64,000 bases of DNA from a bacterium (GTDB lineage Bacteria; Patescibacteriota; Dojkabacteria; JAKAPS01; JAJZLI01): positions 10,529 to 74,528 of the forward strand of contig JAJYFR010000002.1 in the NCBI GenBank assembly GCA_021785355.1. Direction: 5' to 3'. Below the pieces are notes generated by a model, which made no database searches, was not told where the DNA came from, and worked only from the letters and a program-made list of their open reading frames with translations. The translations under genes and the position numbers were made by a program. This document shows, in pieces, positions 62,844 to 64,000 of this stretch (its first letter is position 1; every line of letters starts with the position of its first letter).

Positions 62844-64000
62844 GGAGGATGAAAAAAATAAAATAGTTATAAAGATTATTGAATATTTTGTTTACATAGT
62901 AAGCATATTTTATTTAATAACATATTCAATATATGCAATATATACCAATATTAATTATCATTATTTATCAAAATATATAATAATGACTGTATTTTTCACA
63001 ATTTTTACATATGCATACAATCACCTTATTAATATAAAATCATTGCATAAAAAAATATATATAGAAGAAATTATAATAACAATATTCTTATTTACATCAA
63101 TCCTAATATTGAATCAATTAAATTACCTCGTGTTCCTATTATTTCCAATGATAACTTTGACTCTAATAATACTTGGAATGAACATTAAAGAGACTATGCT
63201 ATATATGGCAATAAACATATTGGGAGTATTGATACTTATAATTGATCCGAGCTTTTCCAGTATTCAAAATAGATTCTATTTAACAACATTTATGTCTATC
63301 AATATTCTAGTAATTATCGTAAATATAAATTATTTAAATATTTATAAAACATTTACTAATAAATATAAAAACGAGATTTATCTAAAAGTTCAGAATGATG
63401 AGTTAAATAAAGAAAAAGATGAATTTTTTGAAATAGCATCTCAAGAATTGGTTACGCCTATAGATAATACATCTAATGCTGTAGAAGAAATACTTTATAG
63501 ATATAAAAATGATTTATCTGAAAACATATCAAACACTTTATCTAAAATGCTTACAAATATAAGAATATTAAAACAGTTATCTCAAAATATGTTGAGTATA
63601 AAAACACTAAATATAGAAAATATATCAATAGATATAGAAGAATATGACACAAAAAAATTAATAAGAGAAGTTATAGAAACAATGGATCCTAAAGCAAAAG
63701 AAAGAAATTCAGATATAACATCAAATATAGATCCAAATACTAAAAATATACATATTGATCCAAATAGAATGGGAGAGGTATTAAGGAATTTATTAGATAA
63801 TGCAATAAAATATTCACCTACTAATAGTATTATAAAAATAAATGCATATACTAAGAATGATACAACCGTAATTGAAATAGTCGATAATGGAATTGGAATA
63901 CCTCAAAAAGATATACCTCATTTGTTTGAAAAATTTTATAGAGCTTCAAATGTAGAAATGAATACAAAACAAGGATCTGGAATTGGATTATATCTTGTAA
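62836..64000 (+). CDS. Membrane sensor-kinase-like protein, partial (runs off the window end). It has an HATPase_c domain, but the H-box reads SQELVTPI, with Gln where the phospho-accepting His is expected.
   Basis: Open frame from an ATG overlapping the iscS stop. Several TM helices. N-box EVLRNLLDNAIKYS, and G-boxes IVDNGIGIP and GSGIGLYL. Not in the ORF track because no stop falls inside the window. Confidence 0.65.
   Translation, partial: MNEEDEKNKIVIKIIEYFVYIVSIFYLITYSIYAIYTNINYHYLSKYIIMTVFFTIFTYAYNHLINIKSLHKKIYIEEIIITIFLFTSILILNQLNYLVFLLFPMITLTLIILGMNIKETMLYMAINILGVLILIIDPSFSSIQNRFYLTTFMSINILVIIVNINYLNIYKTFTNKYKNEIYLKVQNDELNKEKDEFFEIASQELVTPIDNTSNAVEEILYRYKNDLSENISNTLSKMLTNIRILKQLSQNMLSIKTLNIENISIDIEEYDTKKLIREVIETMDPKAKERNSDITSNIDPNTKNIHIDPNRMGEVLRNLLDNAIKYSPTNSIIKINAYTKNDTTVIEIVDNGIGIPQKDIPHLFEKFYRASNVEMNTKQGSGIGLYLV

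Noticed and set aside
62856-62876. Tiny ORF MKKIK preceded by a perfect GGAGG.
   Set aside because: Only five codons, inside the 5' end of the kinase-like ORF. The GGAGG is more likely a coincidental or internal site.

Overview
Visibly AT-rich bacterial window (standard code; conserved genes are full length with UGA as stop), densely coding on both strands. Several proteins look reduced (RpoA with no alpha-CTD, AlaRS ending after the editing domain, half-length SufD, short ATP synthase epsilon). Together with large type IV pilins, cell-wall enzymes (MltG, SLT, NodB deacetylase, DPPR-synthase-like UbiA) and an LAxTG sorting signal, this suggests a small-genome monoderm bacterium, possibly CPR/Patescibacteria; the lineage cannot be resolved from sequence alone. 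The housekeeping backbone is the ribosomal alpha-operon segment (infA-rpmJ-rpsM-rpsK-rpsD-rpoA-rplQ, then rplM-rpsI), dnaG, an F1 ATP synthase cluster (b-delta-alpha-gamma-beta-epsilon, with no a or c subunit here), a large Fe-S assembly operon (nfu-fdx-sufB-sufD'-Rieske-Rrf2-sufC-sufS-sufU), lepA, rpsT, uvrD/pcrA, alaS, ruvX, mltG, guaB-like, iscS, three histidine kinases and tRNA-Ser(GGA) and tRNA-Cys(GCA). The main accessory content is a surface-protein system. A 2233-aa Kelch-repeat giant protein (8..6709) and three secreted LamG/DUF2341-type proteins (27327..28427, 29365..31209, 32081..33499) share a C-terminal ~150-aa WxL-like module in which the conserved Trp positions hold Tyr or Phe. 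They are interleaved with three paralogous signal-peptide + ectodomain + C-terminal-TM + basic-tail proteins (DUF916/DUF3324-like) in two divergent operons. The architecture mirrors Gram-positive Csc/WxL cell-surface complexes, but the domain families are diverged. Other accessory items are two tandem type IV pilin paralogs with a duplicated promoter and N-terminus, an LAxTG-anchored Thr-rich protein, and genes carrying tandem DNA repeats. No CRISPR array, transposase or integrase was found.
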